Source of the DNA: Eledone cirrhosa
Taxonomy: Eukaryota
Reading direction: 5' to 3'
NCBI GenBank assembly: GCA_964016885.1
Contig: OZ024743.1
Location: 264,988,001 to 265,052,000, forward strand
DNA length: 64,000 bases
In this document: positions 23,138 to 36,013 of the stretch, piece after piece
How positions within the stretch are numbered: position 1 is the first letter of the stretch
Layout: each line of letters opens with the position of its first letter
Program-made: the position numbers and the translations under genes
Notes under the pieces: model-generated
The model's input: the letters and a program-made list of their open reading frames with translations, nothing else
What the model was told of the DNA's origin: nothing
Databases searched by the model: none

Positions 23138-23340
23138 ATATGTATATATATATATAAAGTATATGTATATATATATATATATAGTATATGTATATATATA
23201 TATATATATATAGTATATGTATATATATATATATATATAGTATATGTATATATATATATATATATATAGTATATGTATATATATATTTATATATAAAGTA
23301 TATATAAATATATATATAAAGTATATATATATATATATAT
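21303..23340 (-). repeat. ~1 kb tandem duplication (family B palindrome plus TA tract, two copies)
   Basis: 21303-22318 resembles 22319-23340, including the pattern of TA interruptions. Confidence 0.85.
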
Positions 23341-23341
23341 A

Positions 23342-24300
23342 CAGTATTTACGTATCGAGAAAGAGAAAAAAAGGGGACGATAGGTGATACATATAGTTAT
23401 TTGCCAAGTAGCGTATGCCAAAGGTGCTCGATACTAGTGCCGGCAGTATTAAATATTCGAATTGTTAATATTTAGTGAGCTAGAGAGTTAGCAGAGCGTA
23501 AGCACGTGGGAAAGTAAAAAATCGGAGAATAGACCGTTAAAACTAGTTTATTTAAAACAGCACCTACGTACGTTTCGCCCAGTTGGGCTTCTCAAGGGCA
23601 TAAATAATCAAAAGTGTTCCTTATATTGCTCGGAAAGAGTTTTGGTGTTAAATCCACATCAAGGTTCATTGCGCGCAAAAATAGCTTGTTTTGATTTTGC
23701 AGCAGGTCAAGGGAGGTAACTCTGGCCGGTGTTAGGGCTGTCTTTCCCGGACAAATCTTTTTTTTTTTTGCCGCATCTGTTTGTCTGAGGCTGGGTCTGG
23801 TATCCAAGGATTGTTATAAATATATAAATATGTGTATGTGTGTGTACATGTTTGAAAACTTGAAACTGAGTGGACTGTAATAAGGATATCAAATAAGCAG
23901 GAGGGTCGTTGTTAAAACCACTCAGAGAAATATACAAACCCCATAAAATTACCAGCTGTTATTTCCGAATCAATGATGTTGGCTATATGTGGGTATTCAA
24001 GTGACTAGAAATAATTCAATTTTTTTTCATATCATACTTAAAATAGACGGATAAAGGTGATCGTTTAGTTCTAGGTTTAGTGTATTAGTATACCGGCAAA
24101 AAAGACGAGATGTTGAAGCGTGGAATTCATATGTTTGTAGGTTTTCTCAGTAAAGTCTGTCATAACGATAGTTAGGAAAAAAATTGTTTTTGACTCTGCG
24201 GGGATCGCATTAAAATTTAAATTCGTTATTATTTGAAATGAAGGTCTGTTTATTACGTCAATACCCACCCCGTAAATTTATTTCTTGCTCAAGTTAACAA
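23342..24300 (-). mobile_element. Probable decayed PLE 3' region (family E)
   Basis: Carries the hammerhead ~220 bp from a (TA)n junction; upstream boundary uncertain. Confidence 0.5.
23560..23599 (-). ncRNA. Minimal type I hammerhead with U3-A8 covariation (family E)
   Basis: GCCC-UUGAGAA-GCCC AACU GGGC-GAA-ACGUACGU (palindrome)-A-GG(U)GC. Confidence 0.85.
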
Positions 24301-25354
24301 TAATCAATGACCTAAATTGAAGAGCGAATTTCGATCAAAAACAAGAAGAACTCTGCTGATACATCTTATTTGATTCCGTTAAAAATGAAAGGCGATGCGG
24401 ATCCTGACAACTTTTAAAATATAATATATAGTGACGAGTCTGAATTGTCTGAAGCAATTATTCTGATACGTTTCAATTTCTGACAACGCATCACTTTCTC
24501 AGAATCATATATTTAAAGGTTTAATGCCTTTGTAATATACTATTAAATTTGAAACCGTTTTTTCCTATCCTATTCAGATTTCAGTACATATATAATATAT
24601 AAGGACACGAATATTGACGCTACTTATTCAGATTGAAATAGAGATTTGGCATTGCATTCCAGTTTTGTTTCTTCAAATAAACAACACTTAAAAAGAAAAC
24701 CTATCAACAAACAAACATACGTACGCGGAGACAAAAACTCCTATGCCTTAACGAAAACTGTTTTATTAACTGCCAGTTGCGACAGAGTGTTTCTATAAAC
24801 ATATTTATTTTCACACACAATTTAGAATGGGATTGTGAGGTAGATATACTATCAAATTAGATCTTACATAAAACCTTCATAGTATGATTAAATAGAGTAA
24901 TATTATTTTGTTTCCTTACTGAATCAATAAAATACATTTTTATACCTTGAGATTTTTGCTGCAGTAAATATATGTCTTGTATAAATATTCCTTGATAATG
25001 CTTTTTTCCTAAGATTGATAATTCTCATTAATATTTCATACAATGTCAACCAAATGCCGATACATTGCTATACTGAGTGGATCTAAAATATGTGCTGATC
25101 GAAATATATTTATATCTATATGTATATATATATATATAGAGAGAGAGAGAGAAAAATATCTAGAAAATATAGAAAAGGAGACATAGAAGAAAATACAGCC
25201 CTACGTACGAAGAGAAGTAATGACAGAGGGTGGCGTGGTCAGAGGAAATAAAGATGACAGGAAGTGTTGTGTATTCTGCATATATGAGTCTGTGTGTATG
25301 AGTATGTGTGAGAAAGAGTGTGTATGCAAACACACACACACATATATATATATA

Positions 25355-25830
25355 TAACGAAGGAAATGTGGTAAGGAACCAGATGGACCATAACGCACCA
25401 AAGTACTCAATACTTAGGGTAGTAGAGCGGGTAATAGGAACAAGTATGACACCGACGGCAGAGCTCAAGCCGTTTCGACGGCTAATTCTGGACTAAATAA
25501 GAATTATTAGCCTGGTAAATAAATAGCCGAACTTCTCAGGGGGTAAATCCTTATATGGGAAGATAATAATTGTCCAATGGGATTGGTCAAACATTTGTTG
25601 TAAATACATATGATTCTATCATGGGAGGTAGGGGTAGCTGAACTTGCCGGTAGAACAAAGAGCGTTGAAAGTGAAATCTATACAGCAGATTCTAAGGGTA
25701 GTGTTTAGAAGGTCGAGAAAAGTGTACTGGAGAAGGGGAGGGGGGGGGGAGTTGAAAGAATAGGTAAATCAAAAGGGAGTAAACAACGAAACCATTATAA
25801 AAATAAGGAAATAAATATATAAAAAACAAT
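25355..25830 (-). mobile_element. PLE family J pLTR/3' UTR (hammerhead 25449-25544)
   Basis: Reverse-complement similarity to 28200-28690. Confidence 0.8.
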
Positions 25831-26233
25831 TTCTGGTTACTACTCTCCTTCCACAATCACCAAATCTCCCATTGGTATTGCTAAGCTATAGAAAAGTTTA
25901 ATAGGTGGGGAAAAATACTAAATACGAGATTGTAGTGAAATAATTTTATAAAGTCGGCTTTACGGGGGGGTCTAACACCACTGCTATAGTTATTTAGTAA
26001 TCAGCCAATGCTATCTTACAATGCGGGTTAAAAACATTCTATGGATTGCAAAAAGCAAGGTGAGATTTTTATTCCATCAATTAAACTCTAGGTTTCAAAT
26101 AGTAAATGTGCGTAACAATGGATTAATTAGCTGATGCACCTTGTATTATTCCTTCATTGTTTAATATTATATATATATGCATATACATATCAATCGTGTT
26201 GAGACAGACACACGCACACAAAGAGACACACTC

Positions 26234-26277
<44 letters not shown>

Positions 26278-26318
26278 ATCCCGGGTTCAATCGGGGTTAC
26301 CACAGTAAGTAAGTTACT

Positions 26319-26365
<47 letters not shown>

Positions 26366-26395
26366 TATATATATATATATATATTGAGTAACTTA
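26278..26395 (-). mobile_element. Family I 3'-terminal fragment with a tiny inverted copy across a TA tract
   Basis: CCCGGGTTCAATCGGGGTTACCACAGTAAGTAAGTTACTCAATA matches 41148-41192; TATTGAGTAACTTA is inverted at ~26382-26395. Confidence 0.75.
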
Positions 26396-26655
26396 AATAT
26401 ATATATATATATTGAGTATGTGTTGGTTGTTTACCGACATCCCAGTATGCAGGTTTGGAGCACTCAACTAAGTGCGCAGGCTGGTTTGTTCACTCTGGTG
26501 TAATGTAAATTAATAAGTGTAAGTCAAACATGTTAAAGTTGGCTTCGTTTATTCCAATTCGCTGCTATACATATTTCAGTGACAGGCATTATTGGCTGTG
26601 ACCTCATCAGACAGTAAGGATTCTTTAATAGTAATAATCGGCTCCCTTGATTGGT

Positions 26656-26937
26656 ACTGTGGATCGTTTGCTGGACTACACAGCGCAATACGTAGCATGC
26701 AGTTTCGGCCACATATGGCCATGCGAATACCTTGTCGTCAATCTGCCTGTACACCTCATTTCTCACTCCACTTGGTAGCGTCGAGTTCGTTTCCCATATA
26801 TATATATATATATACTACCATGTGGAGTGAGAAAGGATGTGTGCAGGCAGATTGACGACAAAGTATTCGCATGACCATATGTGGCCGAAATTGCATGCTA
26901 CGTAATGATTTGTGAAGTCCGGCAAACGATCCACAGT
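26656..26937. repeat. ~120 bp inverted repeat around a TA tract (family N), decayed hammerhead-like
   Basis: 26656-26778 is inverted at 26815-26937; contains UUGACGA..GGCCA UAUG UGGCC GAAAC. Confidence 0.7.
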
Positions 26938-27000
26938 TGAAGGATTATGTGGTTATCAACGAATTTCCTTGGACAGAAATTATGTGTGTGTGTCTATATA

Positions 27001-27046
<46 letters not shown>

Positions 27047-27464
27047 TGTATGCCTGTGTCGGCCCAGAGCAAAGAACCTTAATAATACTAGATCAAAATA
27101 AATACTGGCTGAGTGACAAAAAAAAGTAGAAGTGAATAGTGCATTCGTGGGACGCAGGGCATGTACGTTAAGTACTACGCTCAACAGTCGCTGTCCTCCA
27201 CTTCTTTCGTTTTAAAAATGTCAAAACAGTAACTAGAAATGGAAACTAAGCGGTTGACTTAAGTCTTCTCAATATCGGAACCGCTCTTTAGTGCAATTGT
27301 TATTATATTCAAACTGCGTCGCCAGGGTATTTTCCCAATGATATCAGCTGTTATGAATATTGTATTTTATTACTATACCCTTTTGATTCAGGTTGCACAG
27401 ATTTCAAATTTTAAATGCACACAATGCTCGTTAACCCAACCGATATATATATATATATATATAT

Positions 27465-28684
27465 AGGAACGAGTAGGACCCCGACGGCTGAGCTCAAGCC
27501 GTTTCGACGGCTAATTCTGGACTAAATGAACATTTTTTATCCTGGTATATGAATAGCCGAGCTTCTCAGGGGGTAATTCCATATATGGTAAAAGTTTTTG
27601 TCACAAGGATTGGTCAAAAGTTTGTTGTTGAGACACATAATTCTACCATGGCAATTTGTGGAGGGAAGGGGTAGCTGAACTTGCCAGTAGTAGAAAGAGC
27701 GATAGGGAGTGGAAGAAACCCAGTGGAGGGAACCTGAATTAATTTTCCATATCAAATTTTTCATATACTTAGTACGAGCATTTATGTAGTTTGCACTAGA
27801 ATTTTTGTATCGTGGCGGCACCATTAGAGATAGTATTAGTATTCTTTCTCGGGATTCTGAATTATTATTTCGTATTAGTGTATTTTTTGCACGGGGTGGT
27901 TGCTGGCCTTGTGCCTAGGGTAGAAACCTTTATTTCTTATTGGTCTCGGGACTCTGAATTATTATATCGTGGTAGTTTCTTTAGTATTTCGGCCCCCCAC
28001 TTGTTGACTCGTCACCGTAAGATATACTCGGTTGATTACTTATACCTCTTAAAAGGGCCTCATTATAATTCCGTCCCACCTAGTAAACCTTTCTTTAGTC
28101 TAGCAGTACCAGTGAGAGACTTGATAGCTGTCCTTAGGTTATAGTAATCAGAAATTGTTTTTTTTGTTTTTTTGTTTTTTTTTTTACATTTAATTGTTGT
28201 TTTTTTTAACATTCTCGGTATTTTTCTATATATTTACCCCATACTGTTTTACTTATTGTTTCGACTTTCTCCCCCTCCCCTTCCCTAGTATACTTCTCTT
28301 GACCTCTTATCCTTAGGATTCTGCTGTAGTTGGCACTATCAACGCACGAGTGGGTTTCCTTCACTCCCTCTCCCTCTTTCTTCTACTGGCAAGTTCAGCT
28401 ACCCCTTCCCTCCACAAATTGATATGATAGAATTATGTGTCTCAACAACAAACTTTTGACCAATCCTTGTGACAATAACTTTTACCATCTATGGCATTAT
28501 CCCCTGAGAAGCTCGGCTATTCATATACCAGGATAAAAAATGTTCATTTAGTCCAGAATTAGCCGTCGAAACGGCTTGAGCTCAGCCGTCGGGGTCCTAC
28601 TCGTTCCTATTACCCACTCTACTACCCTAAGTATTGAGTACTTTGGTGCGTTATGGTCCACCTGGTTCCTTACCACATTTCCTT

Positions 28685-28690
<6 letters not shown>
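27465..28690 (+). mobile_element. PLE family J fold-back insertion (inverted pLTR from 27465, direct pLTR to 28690)
   Basis: 27465-27720 is the reverse complement of ~28350-28610; TA on both flanks. Confidence 0.87.
28499..28595 (+). ncRNA. Type I hammerhead-like RNA, family J (core CUGAGAA, expanded stem II); copies 27478-27574 (-) and 25449-25544 (-)
   Basis: Stem I ACCCC/GGGGU; stem II G..CGGCUAUUC..GAAUUAGCCG.C; GAAA; stem III ACGGCU/AGCCGU with GAGCUC loop; GUC site. Confidence 0.7.
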
Positions 28691-28716
<26 letters not shown>

Positions 28717-28717
<1 letters not shown>

Positions 28718-29123
28718 GGAGGTGAGTTTTATTGTAGTACAATAAAGCAATGCAGATATCGGATAATTAGCACTCTACAGTTTGTAGGACTGGAGTATAA
28801 ATAATATATAAGATCAAAAGATGGTTAAAAGAGTTCCATGTATTTTATTATGCTCATTTCAAAAACAAATATCATCATGCAATAACATTTGCGTGTTCGT
28901 CAGATAAAATAGGGAGACATGATATGAAGGTTAAAACACACTTGTGAATAGTGCAGTTTTAAATCAACATATAAATGATATATATGATATGTTGATTTAA
29001 AACTGCACTATTCACAAGTCTGTTTTAACCTTCATATCATGTCTCCTTATTTTATATGACGATATTTGTTTTTGAAATGCGCATAATAAAATACATGGAA
29101 CTCTTTTAACCATCTTCTGATCT

Positions 29124-29135
<12 letters not shown>
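28717..29135 (-). mobile_element. PLE family H fold-back end (hammerhead 28842-28910, -)
   Basis: Nested inverted repeats; matches 34690-35035. Confidence 0.8.
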
Positions 29136-29165
<30 letters not shown>

Positions 29166-29387
29166 TATAATAATAATAGATAATATTTATATATGAGAAT
29201 ATATATAAATGAAGGGTAATATATGTTACCAGATTACCAATAAAAATGTAGCTCAATGTAAAATCTCAAGTATAATAAAGAGTAGTAATACAACATGAAT
29301 TTGCATGTTTCGATGATTCCAGACTTAAGTCTGGATGAAAAAATTGTAAGCTATTAAATGTTTTAAATACCATTTAATTGTAATTTA

Positions 29388-29390
<3 letters not shown>

Positions 29391-29483
<93 letters not shown>
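29391..29483. repeat. (TC)n microsatellite
   Basis: Directly visible. Confidence 0.97.
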
Positions 29484-30051
29484 AAAGGATTGTAAATAAA
29501 ACGAGTAAATCAGATAAAGTTGGAATTCCTTTTATTAATATATATATATATATATATGTGTGTGTGTATGTGTGTGTGTGTGTGTGTGCAAAAAATAAAC
29601 GAAAACATCAAAGCAAAGAACACAATACAATAAGGAAATATATTAGTTTAACGCTAGATATTGCAGGGAAAGTGACTTTACATGTTGGACACTACTCTAT
29701 CATCGGGAGATAAAAGGAAAGATAAAAGCTGAAATAGATAGTAATATTGTGTAAGAAGAGGAAGGGGAGAAAAATATATTTTGGAGAAAAAACACGTGTG
29801 TATATCGTCAAACAATTTGGAGGATATAGATATAAGAATATATATATCAAAAATGTTTATTACAAAGTTCTTTATGCAAGATAATGTCTCAAACACTGTG
29901 ACAAACAAATCGACAAAACATACATAATATTTATGCAAACATAGAAATAATTTTCATTTGAATTAAAGAATGATTAACATATCCACCCGGATATACACAA
30001 GTCGCTCACTATAAAAAATTATTTCAGCTGGTACTAAAACATATATATATA

Positions 30052-30993
30052 TTCGCGAGTTCAAATCAGAAACTGGCGCCATACCAAACTGTTCCCAGAG
30101 AGGAAGGGACCATTCTCTCTAGTGCCGCACATACTTTATTATTATTAATCCCCCCTAAGGTAGAGATAACATTTTGGTCGTTTGAACTGCTGCTATTTCT
30201 AGTGGAAGGACATTGACCTGTCCAACCTTGCCTTCTGTCTTTACCCACGGCACTAGACAGAATTGGTCCCTTCCTCATCCACTCTCATCTGGGAACAGTT
30301 TTGTATGGCGCCAGTTTGTGATTTGACCTCGGGAATTTTATATTCTCCGAGTGAGAAGAACCTTGTAACGAGAATCTCCTTCTCAATGGTGGTCCGCCTG
30401 GATTATCCATTTATTTTGGGATTTGAAACCGCGCGATAAGGGTACATATAGTAAGTACAGCAAACTTTTAAAAATTTATTTAAAAAATGTTTCTCTGTTT
30501 GCTAAACCTTGATTTTATATGTTCTAGATCGTTAATTTATCAACCTGCAATAGAACCACATTGGCATACTGATGGATAATACTTGTATCCCTATATGAAT
30601 TTTTTACACGTAGGAACATATATTTTATTATTATTAATCTCCCCTAAGGTTGAGATAACATTTTGGTCGTTTGAACTGCTGCTATTTCTAGTGGAAGGAC
30701 ATTGACCTGTCCACCCTTGCCTTCTCTCTTTACACATGGTACTAGACAGAATTGGTCCCTTCCTCATTCACTTTCATCTGGGAACAATTTTGTATGGCGG
30801 TAGTTTGTGATTTGAACTCGGGAATTTTATATTCTCCAAGCGAGAAGAACCTTCTGACGAGAATCCCCTTCTCAATGGTGGTCCGCCTGGATTATCAATT
30901 TATTTTGGGATTTGAAACCGCGCGGTAAGGGTACATATAGTAAGTACACCGAACATTTTAAATTTTATTTTAAAACATTTTCTCTAAACATTG

Positions 30994-30998
<5 letters not shown>
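30052..30998 (+). mobile_element. PLE family K: short inverted segment plus two tandem pLTR-like repeats (~30137-30520, ~30625-30998)
   Basis: ~380 bp direct repeat; 30052-30100 is inverted at 30289-30336; hammerhead in each repeat. Confidence 0.8.
30849..30932 (+). ncRNA. Type I hammerhead with expanded stem II (family K); broken copy at 30360-30443
   Basis: ACCUU-CUGACGA-GAAUCCC..GGGAUUU-GAA-ACCGCGCGGU (palindrome)-A-AGGGU. Confidence 0.85.
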
Positions 30999-31026
<28 letters not shown>

Positions 31027-31032
<6 letters not shown>

Positions 31033-33372
31033 AGTTAAAACAGTGAAATAAAAAAAATCAAGTCATTAGAGATATACTTCACTGCTTTACGATCGTTTCT
31101 AGGTGATGATAATACATTGTAGCTATACTCCGTTTTTGATCTATGTAAGGTTAGTTACAACATATCAGATAAAGAGAATATTTACTTACATGCATATCAC
31201 CAGCTGTTTTCAAAAGCAATAATAATTTTATTCAGAATTAGTCGTATGTTAGTATCATGTCCTTATTTAAAGGTAGTTGAAGAACTACCCAATCAAATTT
31301 TTTTTTCATATGGTGTTAAGATGAAAAGTAATACACTTTAGTTGAGGTCCCGACCCTTTGAAAGGAATAGGTGATTGTTGTTAATAGTAGAATTGGCATA
31401 ACAATCTATTAGGAGGAAAGAGATTGTCAAACTGATAGTTGAATGTATCTGGTATAGTGAAGTTTAAAAGGAATATCAAAATAAATGGTGGTTAGTGTTG
31501 TATTGAGTTTTTAGGTGAATATATGGCTAGGAAAGATAGTATATTAAAAGATGAAAATTATAATACAGTAATGCGATAATATACAACACAACCAACACAA
31601 TATAGTACGGTGTGGTAAATTGCAGTTAGTATAATACAGCATATGATATGGGCTAAAATACTATCAAGTATGTTTATGTATAAATAATCAAACTCAGATA
31701 AATACATTTTGGCATAGTTAAAACGCATAAATTTCATAGATTACAAAGAGCATATATCCACACTATATATAGAGAGGTACAGTTATATTGATATCCAACT
31801 AAAAATATACTTACGCACAAATGGATGCAAACCTAAATACAAATTTTTCACATGTGCACATAATCATATACACACATATCCATACATATCTATATCTACA
31901 CATACACACCTATACCCACATATATACACACATATATATATATATACACATACATATATATATATTTATATATACACACACATATATATATGTGTGTGTT
32001 TGTAAACTCATATATGTGCACACACTCGTATATAAACACTCATACACATATACTCACATATACACACACACAAACACACATATATATATATATACACATA
32101 CACACACGCACATAACTATACATATACATATATATACATATATACACATACATAAATATATATATATAAACACACATAAATATATTTCCATATCATACAT
32201 AGATATATATTTACTCATGCAATTACGTGTGGCTGTGTACCTTAGGAAGCTAAAACATTAGAAGGTAAAAAATAAGCATGATTGCATATAATTAGGGGAA
32301 AGGGGTACTAATAAATGTTACTGTATATAGAATTATAGTAAGTTGCTATTTAGAATATTTAATTAGGTTTATAGTATTTAAATGTTCTTCGTATACGGTG
32401 ATTACAAACTATGATGAGTTCCTGCCTTTTATTTAATAAATCGTCCTTAGATATAGTCATTTCCAAGATCTGCCCTGAACATAATCTGCATTCCCTCCTG
32501 TTCCCAAGATATGGAGTTCTTTGTAGAATGGTGTACCGCGATAACTTGAAATCTATTTTTTTCTTTTTATAATTACTTACCGCTTCAGCTAAAGATGTGG
32601 TGTTAGCTAGTTTAGTATTGTTGAAACTACTAGACTTTGCGTAAAATCATTTCTTAAATGTGTTTGATGTAGATCCTATATATGTTTTGTTGGAGTCTGT
32701 AGTAGACACAGTGCATTTATATATTACATTATTAATCAAACAGTTGCCATTTAAGGGGCAAATGCTTCTATTTCTGCAATTACAGCCATACGTAATATGG
32801 TTGTTGGGGTGCATATACTATTCTCATTAACCCTTGAGCCATTCCTCTTGTAATTAATGATAGCAGGAGAATGAAGGTTGCTTTGTGGGTGATTTGGTGC
32901 TAGGGTTGTATTGTGATTTTGTGTTCTGTTGTTTTTGTGTTGGTGATTTGGGTGGTTGTGTTTTCTAGGCTGAAGCATTGTATTATATGCCTTTTTAATG
33001 CAAATTCTACTATTAACACCATTCAACCATTCCTTTCAAAGGGTCATGACTTCAACTAAAGTGTATTACTTTTCATCTTAACACCATATAAAAAAAAAAA
33101 CAATTTGATTGGTTAGTTCTTCAACCACCTCCAAATAAGGACATGATACTAACATACTACTAATTCAGAATAAAATTATTATTGCTTTTGAAAACAGCTG
33201 GTGATATGAATGTAAGTAAATATTCTCTTTATCTGATATTTTGTAACTAACCTTACATAGATCAATAACGGAGTATAACTACAATGTATTATCATCATCT
33301 AGAAACGATCGTAAAGCAGTGGAGTATATCTCTAGTGACTTGATTTTTTATTTCAATGTTTTAACTTATATC
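31027..33372 (-). mobile_element. 5'-truncated Naiad-type PLE family L with inverted pLTR (33010-33372, +)
   Basis: Minus strand 32360-32780: CPLNGNCLINNVIYKCTV..TYIGSTSNTFK..CRLC..LLNKRQE..CNHR; ends are ~350 bp inverted repeats. Confidence 0.9.
33181..33320 (+). ncRNA. Type I hammerhead with U3-A8 core and ~105 nt stem II domain (family L); copy 31081-31220 (-)
   Basis: Stem I AUUGCUU/AAGCAGU; core UUGAAAA; GGUGAU..AUCAYC in stem II; GAA-ACGAUCGU (palindrome)-A. Confidence 0.72.
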
Positions 33373-33498
33373 ATGACTCTGATTTCCTTTTAATATTTTA
33401 TTGTTTTCCGGGATTTATCTTAACCTACAACATTTTCAACATATGGATTACATCGAGTTCTTCATGCAGAATAAACCCCACAACTTACTGTGGATACC

Positions 33499-33563
<65 letters not shown>

Positions 33564-33566
33564 CTA

Positions 33567-34258
33567 TGTATACTTACATACATATATGTGCACAGACGTA
33601 CAGTAGTATGTATATATATACACATACATGCACGGATATATATATCTACGTATGTGTTTACCGAATATTTATTATAATGTTCGGTTTGTTTGTAAACAAA
33701 GAGCCTGAAATACGCCGTAATTACTGTACGTCTGTACGCATATATGTATGTACGTATACATACTTATATTTAGGTATCAGCCGTACTAAGAGTGAGAAAT
33801 GAAATTTCGTTTCATCCTTTTCCACTTATCGTTTTCGGTGCGCCCGGCCGACTAACTCACTCGATATGCAAATTAGGCTGCTCAGCCGTTAATATGCATA
33901 AGGAAAGTATATACTTTCAAACGTTCAATCATCTGACTGAAAGGTATACGTTGCTGACGATAGCTAATAAACCTGAAACTAGTACATCGTTCCTGTGTCG
34001 GTGTTGAACAAAATGGCGACGATGGTTGCCGAGCACTGTACGGCGTAATTTGGGATGTTTGTTTACAAACAAACCGAACATTATAATAAATGTTCGGTAA
34101 ACCCATACGTACATATATATATGTTTGCATGGATGTATATATATATATACATACTACTGTACGTCTGGATACATATATGTATGTACGTATACATACTTAT
34201 ATTTAGGTGTCAGCCGTACTAATATTGATAAATGAAATTTCGTTTCATTCTTTTCCAT
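33567..34258 (+). mobile_element. PLE-end-like island family M (inverted plus direct repeats)
   Basis: 33567-33720 is inverted at 34039-34192; 33722-33822 is repeated at 34155-34258; hammerhead inside. Confidence 0.75.
33949..33989 (+). ncRNA. Minimal type I hammerhead (family M)
   Basis: CGUUG-CUGACGA-weak stem II-GAA-ACUAGU (palindrome)-A-CAUCG. Confidence 0.7.
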
Positions 34259-34273
34259 ATATATATATATATA

Positions 34274-34512
34274 TATATATTTATATTTATTTATAACGGA
34301 GGAAATGTCGTAAGGAACCAGGTGGACCATAACGCACCAAAGTACTCAATACTTAGGGTAGTAGAGAAGGTAATAGGAACGAGTATGACCACGACGGCTG
34401 AGCTCGAGCCGTTTCGACGGCTAATTCTGGACGGCTAATTCGACGGCTAAATCAGTCCAGAATTAGCCGTCGAAACGGCTTGAGCTCAGCCGTCGGGGTC
34501 CTATTCGTTGCT
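34274..34512. mobile_element. Family J fold-back mini-insertion
   Basis: Inverted 3' end, stuttered GACGGCTAATT repeats, then a direct fragment from 34454. Confidence 0.85.
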
Positions 34513-34517
34513 ATATA

Positions 34518-34676
<159 letters not shown>

Positions 34677-34689
34677 ATATATATATATG

Positions 34690-35030
34690 TAGGAGGTGAG
34701 TTTTATTGTAGTACAATAAAGCAATGCAGATATCGGATAAGAAGCACTCTACAGTTTGTAGGACTGGAGTATACATAATATATGAGATCAAAAGATGGTT
34801 AAAGGAGTTCCATGTATTTTATTATGCGCATTTCAAAAACGAACATCATCATGCAATAATATTTGTGTTTTCATCAGATAAAACAGTTCATGTTCATCAG
34901 ATAAAACAGTATCATGTTCTCCTGTTTTATCTGATGAAAACACAAATATTATTGCATGATGATGTTTGTTTTTGAAATGCGCATAATATAATACATGGAA
35001 CTCCTTTAACCATCTTTTGATCTTATATAT

Positions 35031-35035
<5 letters not shown>
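34690..35035. mobile_element. Family H fold-back mini-insertion with two opposed hammerheads
   Basis: Inverted arms ~34775-34886 and ~34922-35035. Confidence 0.85.
34816..34884 (-). ncRNA. Type I hammerhead (family H); inverted copy 34924-34991 (+)
   Basis: GUUUUAU-CUGAUGA-36 nt stem II-GAA-AUGCGCAU (palindrome)-A-AUAAAAU. Confidence 0.78.
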
Positions 35036-35063
<28 letters not shown>

Positions 35064-35318
35064 ATATATAAAATATCAGTTAAGCTTAAAAAATACGAAC
35101 ATAATCAACAACTAGACACACTAACTCCACCAGGTAGATCAAACAGAATATTCTCTCTGTTACTCTGAATATTCGTGTAAGGAAGTGTTAATTGCTAAAT
35201 TTGAAAAGAGAGTTTTCAGACAAAATGTTTCAAACTATTACAAGTTTAACATGAAAATCTTCATAACCAAATAAATATTTTACAAATCGTACAACCACAC
35301 AAGCGGGAGAAAGGTGAC

Positions 35319-35476
<158 letters not shown>

Positions 35477-35577
35477 GTATACAGATATGTATAAATATAT
35501 ATATATATATATATAGTGTGTGTTTGAGTGTGTGAGTGTGTGAATATATATATAGATATAGATATTTATAGATATTT

Positions 35578-35615
<38 letters not shown>

Positions 35616-35616
35616 T

Positions 35617-35677
<61 letters not shown>

Positions 35678-35926
35678 GTACATACGCTCAACTGTGTTTT
35701 ATATAGAGCTAGTTGTTTGTGCAAGTCTAGTTAATATCGTGAGGAGAATATATTTTCCTTTGAAACATTTATTAACAACTTTCTTGCCTTGTTATAAATT
35801 TGCACTTGAATGAGAAAGGAACCTGTCACCTTCCCAACTACATACATAAATACATACATACATTTAAACATACTTCACCATACATAAAAGTATGTCTAAT
35901 TTTACACGCAGACACACACACACACG

Positions 35927-36013
<87 letters not shown>

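Noticed and set aside
24350-24500. Highly decayed Nin-type SINE (similar trace near 39150-39230)
   Set aside because: Similarity is limited to a few words such as ATGAAAGGC; too weak to annotate.
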